Origin: Desulfosudaceae bacterium
Lineage (GTDB): Bacteria > Desulfobacterota > Desulfobacteria > Desulfobacterales > Desulfosudaceae
Length of the DNA: 64,000 nt
Reading direction: 5' to 3'
Assembly (NCBI GenBank): GCA_963674745.2
Contig: CAXXDV010000001.1
Location: forward strand, 1,952,001-2,016,000
In this document: one piece after another, positions 1-10,387 of the stretch
Position numbering within the stretch: the stretch's first letter is position 1
How the letters are laid out: each line of letters opens with the position of its first letter
Notes under the pieces: model-generated
What the model was told of the DNA's origin: nothing
The model's input: only the letters and a program-made list of their open reading frames with translations
Database searches by the model: none
Translations under genes and position numbers: made by a program

Positions 1-1
1 G

Positions 2-388
2 GTATTTATCAGCGTGGAAAACCGGGATAAACCCAAGATGCTTCAGGTGGCCCAGATATTTATCGATACCGGATTTGACATTGTCGCCACCAAGGGCACC
101 ACCGCTTTTTTAAAACAGCATCACATTCCCGCCAGAGAGATTCACAAGGTCTCCTCCGGCCGTCCCCATGTGGTTGACGCTATTATCAACCGGGAAATCC
201 AACTGATCGTCAATACCGGTACGGGTGACGAGCCGCGAAGGGACGGCTACCAGATTCGAAGAGCGGCCCTGAAATTCGCCATTCCCTATGCCACCACCAT
301 TGCCGGCGCCCTGGCCATGGCGCGCGGCGTGTCCGCTCTGGCCAAGGAGCCCATCTCCGTTAAACCCATCCAGGGATACCACGTTTAA
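2..388 (+). CDS. carB: Carbamoyl-phosphate synthase large subunit, C-terminal MGS-like domain (5' end lies outside the window)
   Basis: Frame reads VFISV.NRDK...ATKGTTAFL...HKVSSGRPHVVDAI...QLIVNT...RRDGYQIRRAAL...IPYATT, the typical CarB allosteric domain; open from the window edge. Confidence 0.9.
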   Translation, partial: VFISVENRDKPKMLQVAQIFIDTGFDIVATKGTTAFLKQHHIPAREIHKVSSGRPHVVDAIINREIQLIVNTGTGDEPRRDGYQIRRAALKFAIPYATTIAGALAMARGVSALAKEPISVKPIQGYHV

Positions 389-621
389 AACAATCTCGAC
401 GCTTTTTGTTTTTTCGGTCAATTGCTAAAGGGGCGGGTTTTTATTTGAAACCCGTCAATTTCCCGACACGAAAACAATTCCTGCGGTGCTGAAGATTTTT
501 TTGGGGTTGAAGTTTTTCCCGATTCAGTCAACTATATGTGTTTAAAAAGACTGTTATTACTTTCGGAGCGGGCGGGTATGTCACCCGGCATGCTTAATTT
601 TAAACACGGGATTCATGGTAG

Positions 622-2523
622 ATGGACAATCAGGGCCGGAATCAGCCAGGGCAAAAAAGAAAGTGGATATTCACCCTCAGGTTCAAGGTGATGTTGATCT
701 TTCTGCTACTGACCCTTGCGCCGGTGCTGATTATCGGTTATTTTTCCTTTCATTTTTCCGAAGAACTCATTGTCAGCATGGTGGTGCGCCAGCTTGAAAA
801 CGTGGCCAAGGACAAGACGGTGCTTCTGGAGGGCTGGCTGAAAGAACGCGTCGCCGATGTTTCCATGGTGGCCGAAACGTCTCTGGTCCGATCAATGGAT
901 GAGGACCGCATTCGATCGTATCTTGATCTGATTCGTGAAAAATATGGTGTATACAAAAGCCTGGCTGTTGTTTCTGCCTCCGGCCGGGTCGTGGCCGCAA
1001 GCCCGCGACAACAGGCGTATCCGCAAGGTGCTGTTGATGACTTATATCGGGTGCGGAAAAATCTTTTCATCTCGGATATCACCTATGCGGTTGAAGAAAA
1101 GGAGTCATCCTTTTTTATTGCAGTTCCTGTCATCGGAGCCGACGGTCAATTGGCGGGAACGGTTTACGGGAAGATAGGCACGGAAAAAATTATTTTATTC
1201 ATTCTTAATGTTTCTCTGGGCACTACCGGAGAATGTTATCTTGTGGACCGGGACGGTCGCTTTCTGGCCCATCGGGATCCGTACCGAATACTGACGGAAA
1301 ACATCTCCAAGTCCGACAGCTTTCGCAATATTTTTCAAAAAACAGATCGGAAAAGCACTTATCGCGATTATCGGGGCATCGAGGTGCTGGGCGCATCCCT
1401 TCAGGTCGGGGACACGGACTGGTATATCGTCGTGGAACAGGACCGGGCCGAGGCGATGGCCGCTGCGGATAAGCTCAGACACGTGATTTATCTGACCCTG
1501 CTGTTATTTATAATCAGCGCCCTGATGCTGACCTCGATGATCGCCTATCATATTGTTGCCCCCATTCGTAAGCTCAGCCGATACGCCGGACAGATTGCAG
1601 ATTCCCGGTTTGAAAGGCCCGTCAAAAAAATTGATCGCAGTGATGAGATCGGCATGCTGTTTGAGGCGCTGACGGACATGGCCGAAAGGCTTCAGGAACG
1701 GCATACCCGCTTGAAAGAGCAAGTCGGGCAACGGGAGGCGGCGCTCAAGGAAGCCGATCTGATCCTTCAAAAAACCCGGTTGATTGCCGAACGTTCTGAA
1801 AAATTCGCTGCCATGGGCCAGATGGGCGCTGCCGTCGCCCACGAAATCCGCACACCGCTCACCTCCATCAAATTGTTTCTTGAATCTGTTCAGTCGGAAA
1901 TCGATATCTCCCCGGAATATGAAGAAGATTTTAACATAGCCATGAATCAGATCGGCCGAATTGAGGCCACCATCAACCGTTTTCTGGACTTTGCCAAGCC
2001 CCAGGAATTGCAGTTTTCGGAGATTGAGTTAAACCCGTTTATTACCGATCTGCTGATCATGGTCCGGCCCCAGGTCAACCGCCAGGAATGTGTGTTGATG
2101 GTTGACCTGGCCGAAGATTTGCCCGTTATCAATGGTGATCGGCGGTTGCTGGCCGAGGCACTGATCAACCTGCTGGTCAATGCCCTGGATGCCATGCCGA
2201 AATGCGGGACCCTGACTGTAACTGCGGTGCGAGATATTTTTGCGGTGACCGGTCGGGACATTCCCTGTGTACGGATTGATATCGCAGATACCGGTTACGG
2301 TATCGTCGACGACCAGATGGAAAATATTTTTAAACCGTTTTTCACCACCAAGGCGACGGGGACCGGTCTGGGACTGTCCCTGGTGCTAAACACGATCCGC
2401 AGTCACGGGGGCGTGATCCAGGTGAAAAGCGCTATCAATAAGGGCACGGTGTTTTCTGTTTTTATGCCTGTTTCCACGGATGCGCCGCTGGATGAATTAA
2501 ATGGAAAAGATATTACTGATTGA
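622..2523 (+). CDS. Membrane sensor histidine kinase (TM, Cache-like periplasmic domain, TM, HAMP, HisKA, HATPase)
   Basis: Two hydrophobic segments, HAMP-like DEIG, H-box AHEIRTPL, N-box NLLVNALDA, DTGYG, FFTTKATGTGLGL. Confidence 0.92.
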   Translation: MDNQGRNQPGQKRKWIFTLRFKVMLIFLLLTLAPVLIIGYFSFHFSEELIVSMVVRQLENVAKDKTVLLEGWLKERVADVSMVAETSLVRSMDEDRIRSYLDLIREKYGVYKSLAVVSASGRVVAASPRQQAYPQGAVDDLYRVRKNLFISDITYAVEEKESSFFIAVPVIGADGQLAGTVYGKIGTEKIILFILNVSLGTTGECYLVDRDGRFLAHRDPYRILTENISKSDSFRNIFQKTDRKSTYRDYRGIEVLGASLQVGDTDWYIVVEQDRAEAMAAADKLRHVIYLTLLLFIISALMLTSMIAYHIVAPIRKLSRYAGQIADSRFERPVKKIDRSDEIGMLFEALTDMAERLQERHTRLKEQVGQREAALKEADLILQKTRLIAERSEKFAAMGQMGAAVAHEIRTPLTSIKLFLESVQSEIDISPEYEEDFNIAMNQIGRIEATINRFLDFAKPQELQFSEIELNPFITDLLIMVRPQVNRQECVLMVDLAEDLPVINGDRRLLAEALINLLVNALDAMPKCGTLTVTAVRDIFAVTGRDIPCVRIDIADTGYGIVDDQMENIFKPFFTTKATGTGLGLSLVLNTIRSHGGVIQVKSAINKGTVFSVFMPVSTDAPLDELNGKDITD

Positions 2524-3964
2524 TGATGATGAAGGCCTGCTTCATTTTTTGAGCCGGTTCTTTCTGCGTAAAGGGTTTGACGTTACCACTTTTGCAGATG
2601 CCCGCGAAGCCATCGATGCCCTGTCCAGTCAAGGTTTCGATCTGGTCATGCTGGATTACAAAATGCCCGATCTGAACGGTTTGGACGCTTTGGACCAGAT
2701 CAAAAAAATTGACGCAAAAACGCCGGTGATTCTCATGACCGCTTATGGCACTACTGATCTGACCATCGAAGCCATGAAACGCGGGGCTTATGATTATCTG
2801 GTCAAGCCTTTTGATCAGATGGATCTGACGCGCATTGTGGGTGAAGCACTGGCGGTCAATCGTCAGGTGAAGGATGTGGTCGGGTTTCCTGTGACCGAGC
2901 CGGCGCCGCGCTCTTTTTCCAAAACCAAAAGCGCCCTCCAGATCATCGGCAACAGCCGCAAAATGCAGGAAATTTATAAGATGATCGGTCAGATCGCGGA
3001 AAAGGATGTTTCCATTTTTATCACCGGTGAAAGCGGCACGGGCAAGGAACTTGTTGCAAGGGCCATTTATCATCATAGCCGTCGCAAAGATAAACCCTTT
3101 ATCGCGGTCAACTGCGGGGCGATTCCTGAAACCCTGTTTGAAAGTGAGCTTTTCGGGCACGAACGCGGTGCCTTTACCGGTGCCGACCGGACAGTTATGG
3201 GAAAAATTGAAAGGTGTGACCGGGGGACGTTGCTTCTGGATGAAATCACCGAAATGTCCCTGTCGCTTCAGGCCAAAATGCTGCGGGCTATTCAGGAAAA
3301 GGAAATCGAGCGCGTCGGCGGTAACCGGGTGATTCCCGTCGACGTCCGTATTCTGGCAGCCAGCAACAGGGATATCGAAAAAGAAGTGGAAGCCGGCCGT
3401 TTTCGTCAGGACCTCTACTGGCGGCTGAAGGTCATTTCGATCCACATGCCGCCCCTGCGGGAACGGAGCCAGGATATTCCCCTTCTGGTGAAATATTTTT
3501 TAGAACGTTTCTGTGCCGAATACAATATGGCCCGTTGTTATATCAAGGACAGCGCGCTCCAAAGACTTTCTGATTATTCCTGGCCGGGCAATGTGCGTGA
3601 ACTTGAAAACTGTGTGCGCCGGGCGGTGCTGTTGTCTGCCGGAAATGTCATTGCCGAAAAAGACCTGATGATTCCGGAGACTGAAGAGGAAAAACGGATT
3701 ATTGAACTCAGCCGGTCCGAGCTGCTGGGACGGCTTCGGGAAAAGCTGGAAGACATTATCCCGGACATTCTGCGGCTGTCCGACCAGAATGTTTATGCCA
3801 ATATCATTGGTCTGATGGAGGAAACCCTTATCGCTGAGGCCCTCCGTCAATGCGGTGATAACCAGGTGCAAGCCGCTAAAATGCTTGGCATCAGCAGGAA
3901 TACGCTGCGCGATCGTCTTAAAAAGCAGGTGGACCGGATCGACACCAATGACAACCCGGCTTGA
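2501..3964 (+). CDS. Sigma-54-dependent NtrC/AtoC-family response regulator (REC-AAA+-Fis HTH)
   Basis: LLIDDD and LDYKMP receiver, GESGTGKE Walker A, GAFTGA loop, WPGNVRELEN, NQVQAAKMLGISRNTL HTH; overlaps the kinase 3' end. Confidence 0.95.
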   Translation: MEKILLIDDDEGLLHFLSRFFLRKGFDVTTFADAREAIDALSSQGFDLVMLDYKMPDLNGLDALDQIKKIDAKTPVILMTAYGTTDLTIEAMKRGAYDYLVKPFDQMDLTRIVGEALAVNRQVKDVVGFPVTEPAPRSFSKTKSALQIIGNSRKMQEIYKMIGQIAEKDVSIFITGESGTGKELVARAIYHHSRRKDKPFIAVNCGAIPETLFESELFGHERGAFTGADRTVMGKIERCDRGTLLLDEITEMSLSLQAKMLRAIQEKEIERVGGNRVIPVDVRILAASNRDIEKEVEAGRFRQDLYWRLKVISIHMPPLRERSQDIPLLVKYFLERFCAEYNMARCYIKDSALQRLSDYSWPGNVRELENCVRRAVLLSAGNVIAEKDLMIPETEEEKRIIELSRSELLGRLREKLEDIIPDILRLSDQNVYANIIGLMEETLIAEALRQCGDNQVQAAKMLGISRNTLRDRLKKQVDRIDTNDNPA

Positions 3965-3984
3965 TGCCCTGGCCGATATACCCA

Positions 3985-4018
3985 AAAATGACCGGTTTCG
4001 CCCAGAGGCCGGTTTTTG
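3985..4018 (+). terminator. Probable intrinsic terminator after the response regulator
   Basis: ACCGGTTTC-gccca-GAGGCCGGT hairpin followed by TTTT. Confidence 0.55.
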
Positions 4019-4260
4019 ATTTACCGGGTTTTTTCAAAGCGCCTTCATGTTCAATTCCTGGATACCTGTTCAAGGTTTGTACAAGCACAAAAAAACCATT
4101 TAAATAAAATACTTGTAATTTTTTTGGTATCTGCTCAATTCCCCCTGATGCATTTTTTTGTGACGCCTCCCTGCTTATCGTACATACTCCGGCACCCTGA
4201 TCATGGGTAGAATCTGTTTAATTCTCAATATGTTAGATCTGATAAAAAAAATGACGGCTT

Positions 4261-4277
4261 TTGGCATAACCGTTGCA
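4261..4277 (+). promoter_or_regulatory. Sigma-54 (-24/-12) promoter for the ORF 4345-gdhA unit
   Basis: TTGGCATAACCGTTGCA = TGGCA-N6-TTGCA with exact GG-N10-GC spacing, directly downstream of a sigma-54 activator gene. Confidence 0.85.
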
Positions 4278-4344
4278 TTTTAAGCGTGTAACAGAGGGAT
4301 AAATTTTTTTGTTCAATTAATGCATTAAAAAGGGAGGACCTCCC

Positions 4345-4923
4345 ATGAAGAAAAATCAGGGGTATGAGTCAGCAGGATCTGTGGCAGTCGCACCACTTCG
4401 TCTCAGAACAATGAAAACGGATTTTGACAATGTTTTAGTGTCCGAAAGAATGGCCGAAATCATGTCCATGTGTGACCGCAACAATCCCGTTTACGAACAG
4501 GTTTCAAGTTTCTGCGTGGCGCTGTATGCGCTGGGGTTTTTTGATTGCCCGGATTTCATGTCGTTTCAGGATGTGTCCGCAGACGAAGCCGCAGAAATAT
4601 TACGAACGGATTTTTCTGAAATTGATTTGAATGAAATTCCTGAAAATTATCACATTACCCGATCAAAGGAACAGTATCTGCTGGTCATTGGTGACCCTCT
4701 CTTCCCAAGCCATTTTGCGGTAGTGGCAGACAAAAGCGCGGTACGGCCCTATTTTTCCAAGCTGCCTTTTTTCGGGGCCGGGTACGACAGTATGGATGAG
4801 CTGGAGAGGGAATTTGTCGGTATAGATGGCTTAACAGCGGAAGATTTTCATTTTTACCGTAAAAAATCGAGCGGTCGGATTCCGTCGTCATCCAGAGGTA
4901 AAATTTATATTGTTAAGGATTAA
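4345..4923 (+). CDS. Hypothetical protein (192 aa), first gene of the gdhA unit
   Basis: GGGAGG RBS, follows the sigma-54 promoter, 37 bp before gdhA; no family recognised. Confidence 0.75.
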   Translation: MKKNQGYESAGSVAVAPLRLRTMKTDFDNVLVSERMAEIMSMCDRNNPVYEQVSSFCVALYALGFFDCPDFMSFQDVSADEAAEILRTDFSEIDLNEIPENYHITRSKEQYLLVIGDPLFPSHFAVVADKSAVRPYFSKLPFFGAGYDSMDELEREFVGIDGLTAEDFHFYRKKSSGRIPSSSRGKIYIVKD

Positions 4924-4939
4924 TAATTCATAAATTTGA

Positions 4940-6316
<1,377 letters not shown>

Positions 6317-6352
6317 CCGGTAGATAACCTTTTTACGAAACCGTCGGTTTTG

Positions 6353-6388
6353 CCCAAAAGCCCGGAGAAAAATCTTCGGGCTTTTGGG
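6353..6388. terminator. Hairpin between convergent gdhA and the PEP-synthase-like gene, likely a bidirectional terminator
   Basis: CCCAAAAGCCCGGAGA-aaaa-TCTTCGGGCTTTTGGG inverted repeat. Confidence 0.7.
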
Positions 6389-6441
6389 TTACGGGGAGCC
6401 CTCTTCATACGTCTCAAGCTCAAGCGGAAAGGGCCTAAAGG

Positions 6442-9048
6442 TTATCCTTTTGTTGACCCACCGGCCAGGCAACACAACACTCTCTGGGAAGCCACATCCG
6501 AGTGGATGGTCATACCGGTCTCCCGGACGTCCGCCACTTTGACCACATGCGCCAGATGCCCGTCCACCGGGCTGAGGACTTCCAGCAGGTTGGGCTGGTC
6601 CATAAACCACTGCCGGTTGAAACGAACGTCCGTCTGTTCCGGGTAAATGGCCATATAAAAAATTTGTGTTTCAATAAGATCATGAAAAAAGTGTGTACCA
6701 AATGACAGGTCCGGAATCAGGCTGCCGTCCCGGTAGCTGATTTCGGCCATGGCCGCGATATGATTGATTTCCGAAAAATGCACCGGCACACCCATGGCCG
6801 GTGTCTGGGTTCCCCACCGGCCCGGCCCCATAAGCAGGGTCGGGGTTTTTGCCCGGTCTGCGATGACCCTGTTCAGTTTGCCGACCAGGCGGGCCACGCT
6901 GTATTTCTCAGAAATAGACAGGCGGGTGTAAGACTCCGAGTCGACAAATATAATCATCGAAATCGGCTGGGCGATATTGCCGCCCATAAACCGGCCGTCC
7001 ATGCGAATAAGGGTGTTTTCCTCAGTCACGTTTTCCGGAAAAGGTTGGCTCCCCCCCATGCCGATGGTCTGGAAGGGGCGGCACTGGAGCAGGTTGATCT
7101 GAATGTCACCGGGTTGGTTAAAGTTAACTGTAAATTCAATATCCACGGGATAACGATAGGCGTTTTCAAGGCGCTTGAGAAGGGCGCTCATGACATCGAT
7201 AAAGGGTGTCGTGGTCAGAAACGGATCAAATGTTAAAATCCGCTGGTCCTTTTCCGGCCGTCCCATGTCCCGGAGCGCCTGAAGGGCTTCCGTATCCCGG
7301 GTGGTCAGAAGATCCATGCGAACGGGAACATGCTTTTCCAGCAAGGATTCAAAAGACAAGCTTTCAATACGGTTTTCGTCCAGATTCAGCAGATCCACGA
7401 AATGCTGGGAAAATCTTCGCAGGTCCTTCATTTCTGCCAGGGGTTTTACCAGAGGGTCATCCACCGCGATGATACGCGGGTAATCATTTTCCACACGGTC
7501 TACGGCGCGGGTTCCCAGACCGTATACCAGGCGGATCATGCCCGCTTTGGCATCCATTTCTTTTTTCCACACGAAGGGATTTTGGGAAAGCCCCACACCG
7601 GCCATTTCGGGGAAAAAGTAGTCTTTGTGATAGGTCCCGGAAACCCGCTGCACCAACAGGGCCATCTGTTCGTCCTGCCGGTCCAGTCCCCGTTGGAGGC
7701 GGTAGGCCAATGCATCTTCGTTCATGGCGCTGGCAAAAATGTAGCGGACGGCTTCTTCGAATTTTTTGTAGCGTTTATCAGGGGGGCCTTGATTGACGCA
7801 GAAGCAGCTTTCATACTTTCCGGCGAATGAACTGCCGAAGGCGTCTTCCAGCAGGCTGGAAGATCTGACAATAATGGGAGACTGGCCGAAATATTCCAGC
7901 ATCAGCTGAAACTGTTCCGTAATTTCATCAGGGAATACGCCGCTCAGCATATGCTCCCGCAGTTCAGCACCCCGTGCAAAATACCCCTCCCGTGTTTTAT
8001 GGGCCATGAAAAGTTTCCACCAGCCGTTCTGCACGATATAGGAATAAAACACATCCGAACCGATATAAAAGGAGTCATGTTGTTCGAGCATATCGGCCCA
8101 GTCAAAAACGGTGTCATTGGCCAGAATTTTCCGCGCCAGCAGCATGCCCACGGATTTGCCGCCGATAAATCCGGAACCGATAAGGCGGACTTTAATGCGT
8201 AAAAGATCGGCCAGCGTAAGGTGCTCCCGGATCATGGGCAGGATCTTTTTGTTCCGGGTCAGCATCAGGCGGCTGAGCTGTTCCACCATGTCCCTTTTTT
8301 CCTCTGGCAGGGCGTTGGACTCCTCAAGATTTCCGGCCTGCATAAACAAGCGGTCCCAGTAATCCAGATGCCGGTGGTCCACGCTGGTTTTCTGGCTGGC
8401 AAGATGGGTGAAAAGTTCGGTTGCGTCCACGCTGTTAATTACTGGCTGAAGCGTATTCTTCTGCCTTACGTGGGGAAAAAACATGGTCGGGGAATACCGG
8501 TGTTGCACCTTCACCGGGTGGATACAGACCTGTCCTTTGTAGTTGTATACTTCAATGAGCACCTGGGTGATTTCCCTTATGCGAGCAATGGCCTTAAAAG
8601 AATGCCTGTCCCGGAGAATCGCGAAATAAGCAATGGTATTGAGTTCAAAAAGATACGGACAGGTAATGGAAAAAAAATCACCGATCATCAGGTCCGTGGC
8701 CCAGAAGTGCAGCAGGTCGGACAAAGAATCAAACACATAGCAGACGTCTTTTCCTCCCCGGGTGATGATGCCATGCACCTGTGTGGAAAAGGACTCGAAT
8801 CCTTTTTCCATGTTAAGACGGTATACGGTCAGGTTTTTTCGTTCCTCAAGCAGTGCCGAATGGCGGGCAAAGCGGAAATATACCACCCGTTCGTTATTGG
8901 CCAGGGCGTTGTTGACAAAAGCGGTTACCAGGCGTTGATAGTCATCAATGGCATCCACCTGCCAGACCACATTGTCTCCCCGTCGCAGGTGGTCGATAAT
9001 CGAATCCAGGCTTTTCCAGCCCGTGCTGATATCGGAATATAACGTCAT
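6442..9048 (-). CDS. PEP/pyruvate-binding (PEP synthase/PPDK N-terminal ATP-grasp) domain protein with an N-terminal degenerate KaiC/RecA-like domain
   Basis: IVRSSSLLED..SFAGKYES, VQRV, DIEF and LLQCRP ATP-grasp motifs; C-terminal GPGRWG and SFGTHFF; no PEP-binding TIM barrel seen; AGGAG RBS. Confidence 0.85.
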   Translation of the reverse strand: MTLYSDISTGWKSLDSIIDHLRRGDNVVWQVDAIDDYQRLVTAFVNNALANNERVVYFRFARHSALLEERKNLTVYRLNMEKGFESFSTQVHGIITRGGKDVCYVFDSLSDLLHFWATDLMIGDFFSITCPYLFELNTIAYFAILRDRHSFKAIARIREITQVLIEVYNYKGQVCIHPVKVQHRYSPTMFFPHVRQKNTLQPVINSVDATELFTHLASQKTSVDHRHLDYWDRLFMQAGNLEESNALPEEKRDMVEQLSRLMLTRNKKILPMIREHLTLADLLRIKVRLIGSGFIGGKSVGMLLARKILANDTVFDWADMLEQHDSFYIGSDVFYSYIVQNGWWKLFMAHKTREGYFARGAELREHMLSGVFPDEITEQFQLMLEYFGQSPIIVRSSSLLEDAFGSSFAGKYESCFCVNQGPPDKRYKKFEEAVRYIFASAMNEDALAYRLQRGLDRQDEQMALLVQRVSGTYHKDYFFPEMAGVGLSQNPFVWKKEMDAKAGMIRLVYGLGTRAVDRVENDYPRIIAVDDPLVKPLAEMKDLRRFSQHFVDLLNLDENRIESLSFESLLEKHVPVRMDLLTTRDTEALQALRDMGRPEKDQRILTFDPFLTTTPFIDVMSALLKRLENAYRYPVDIEFTVNFNQPGDIQINLLQCRPFQTIGMGGSQPFPENVTEENTLIRMDGRFMGGNIAQPISMIIFVDSESYTRLSISEKYSVARLVGKLNRVIADRAKTPTLLMGPGRWGTQTPAMGVPVHFSEINHIAAMAEISYRDGSLIPDLSFGTHFFHDLIETQIFYMAIYPEQTDVRFNRQWFMDQPNLLEVLSPVDGHLAHVVKVADVRETGMTIHSDVASQRVLCCLAGGSTKG

Positions 9049-9268
9049 GGGGCCTGCTCCTTTGCACCCTCAAATTGAGTTAATATCTTTGCTGATGCTG
9101 CAATAATCATAGCCCATCAGCGGGTTTAATTCAATTGTTAAGGCCAGCCCTCAGGACGTTATCGTCGCTTGGATAATATTTGTTGTTGGGAATCTTGCTG
9201 ATCAAACGATTTGTTTTTAAACCCTTGGATAAGATTTTTGTGCGACATGGCCAGCTGATAAGGATAAA

Positions 9269-9326
9269 AGGGCTCAAGAGGCTATTTTTCAGTCGGTCCC
9301 TTGAACCCTTGAACCCTCGAATCCCT
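9269..9326. repeat. Octamer-array element (copy 1)
   Basis: GGGCTCAAG ... CCCTTGAA-CCCTTGAA-CCCTCGAA-TCCCT, 8-nt periodic units. Confidence 0.7.
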
Positions 9327-9464
9327 AAAAAATTGCCGGCGGTTGACTGAACAGACGCTCATGTCGTAACATATGCCAGCAATGCTCTGGTAGAGGCGCG
9401 ACTTCAAGCGTTAATGCCTGATGGGCAGCCGGTTAAGTGTTAGGGGGGCAATAAAATAACCGCT

Positions 9465-10247
9465 TTGAAGAAGAAAAAGTTTGTCCGACGTTTTACTAAA
9501 AGGGTTTTTACTCGGTTCCATATGAGTTTGATCCTTATATGTACAGTCCTGTCGGGTGTTATATTTTCGAAGTTCCTACTTTTTTCAGGGCTCAGCCATA
9601 TCGTAATCCGTTATAGTATTGTGCTGTTGTTCGCCTACAGCTGTTTTTTTATTTTAATGAGATTATGGCTGCAATATCTGACAGCACCTTACAGGAAATC
9701 TAAACGGAATGACAGCCTGATAGATGCTGCTGATGTAATTAGTAACTTTCCGGATTTGCCCCTCAGCAGGGGTGCTTCCAGGGTTGTCGGCCATGGCGGC
9801 AAGTTCGGTGGCGGCGGGGTGTCCGACGCCTGGGGGGAAGCCGGTGGTGTTGCCGAAACATTATCAACCGTGGGAGAAACAACCACCGGGGCAATCGGCG
9901 AGGGGGTGACGGGGGTTGGCGAGGTGGTTGCCGGGCTGGCGGATGAAGGGGGGATTGTTTTAATACCACTCATTGTTTTACTCGTTGTGCTCTTGGGTGG
10001 AGGCGTTTACCTCATTTATGAAGCACCCGTTATTTTCTCGGAGGCGGCATTCGAGATTGTCTTGGCAGCAACGCTTATCAAGAGAGCAAAGGCAATTGAC
10101 AGCCCTGACTGGATCGGGAGCGTTTTTCGTGCTACATGGCCCGCCTTCGTGTTGACGGCGGCCATCACAATCCTTGCCGGATGGGCGATGATGCACTACT
10201 TCCCAGGAGCGGCTAAAATTACAGACGTCGTCCGCAGCCTTATTTAA
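9465..10247 (+). CDS. Hypothetical integral membrane protein with Gly-rich cytoplasmic loop
   Basis: About 5 hydrophobic segments, GHGGKFGGGG motif; TTG start is uncertain (alternative ATG at 9522). Confidence 0.75.
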   Translation: MKKKKFVRRFTKRVFTRFHMSLILICTVLSGVIFSKFLLFSGLSHIVIRYSIVLLFAYSCFFILMRLWLQYLTAPYRKSKRNDSLIDAADVISNFPDLPLSRGASRVVGHGGKFGGGGVSDAWGEAGGVAETLSTVGETTTGAIGEGVTGVGEVVAGLADEGGIVLIPLIVLLVVLLGGGVYLIYEAPVIFSEAAFEIVLAATLIKRAKAIDSPDWIGSVFRATWPAFVLTAAITILAGWAMMHYFPGAAKITDVVRSLI

Positions 10248-10318
10248 AACCACCTGCCACCGGGATTTTAATGTGTTGGAAGAAATCGAAGTTGAACAAA
10301 TAAGGCAGAAAAAAAAGA

Positions 10319-10380
10319 AAGGGTTCAAGGGGCCGTTTACGTCACTTGACCCCTTGAACCCTTGAATCCTAGAACCCTTC
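10319..10380. repeat. Octamer-array palindromic element (copy 2)
   Basis: AAGGGTTCAAGGGG ... CCCCTTGAACCCTTGAATCCTAGAACCCTT. Confidence 0.75.
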
Positions 10381-10387
10381 AGTTCCG

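Noticed and set aside
9362..9450. Possible integron attC site (TAAC ... GTTAGGG) before ORF 9465
   Set aside because: The R'' and R' boxes are poorly complementary, no attC follows the ORF, and no integrase is in the window.
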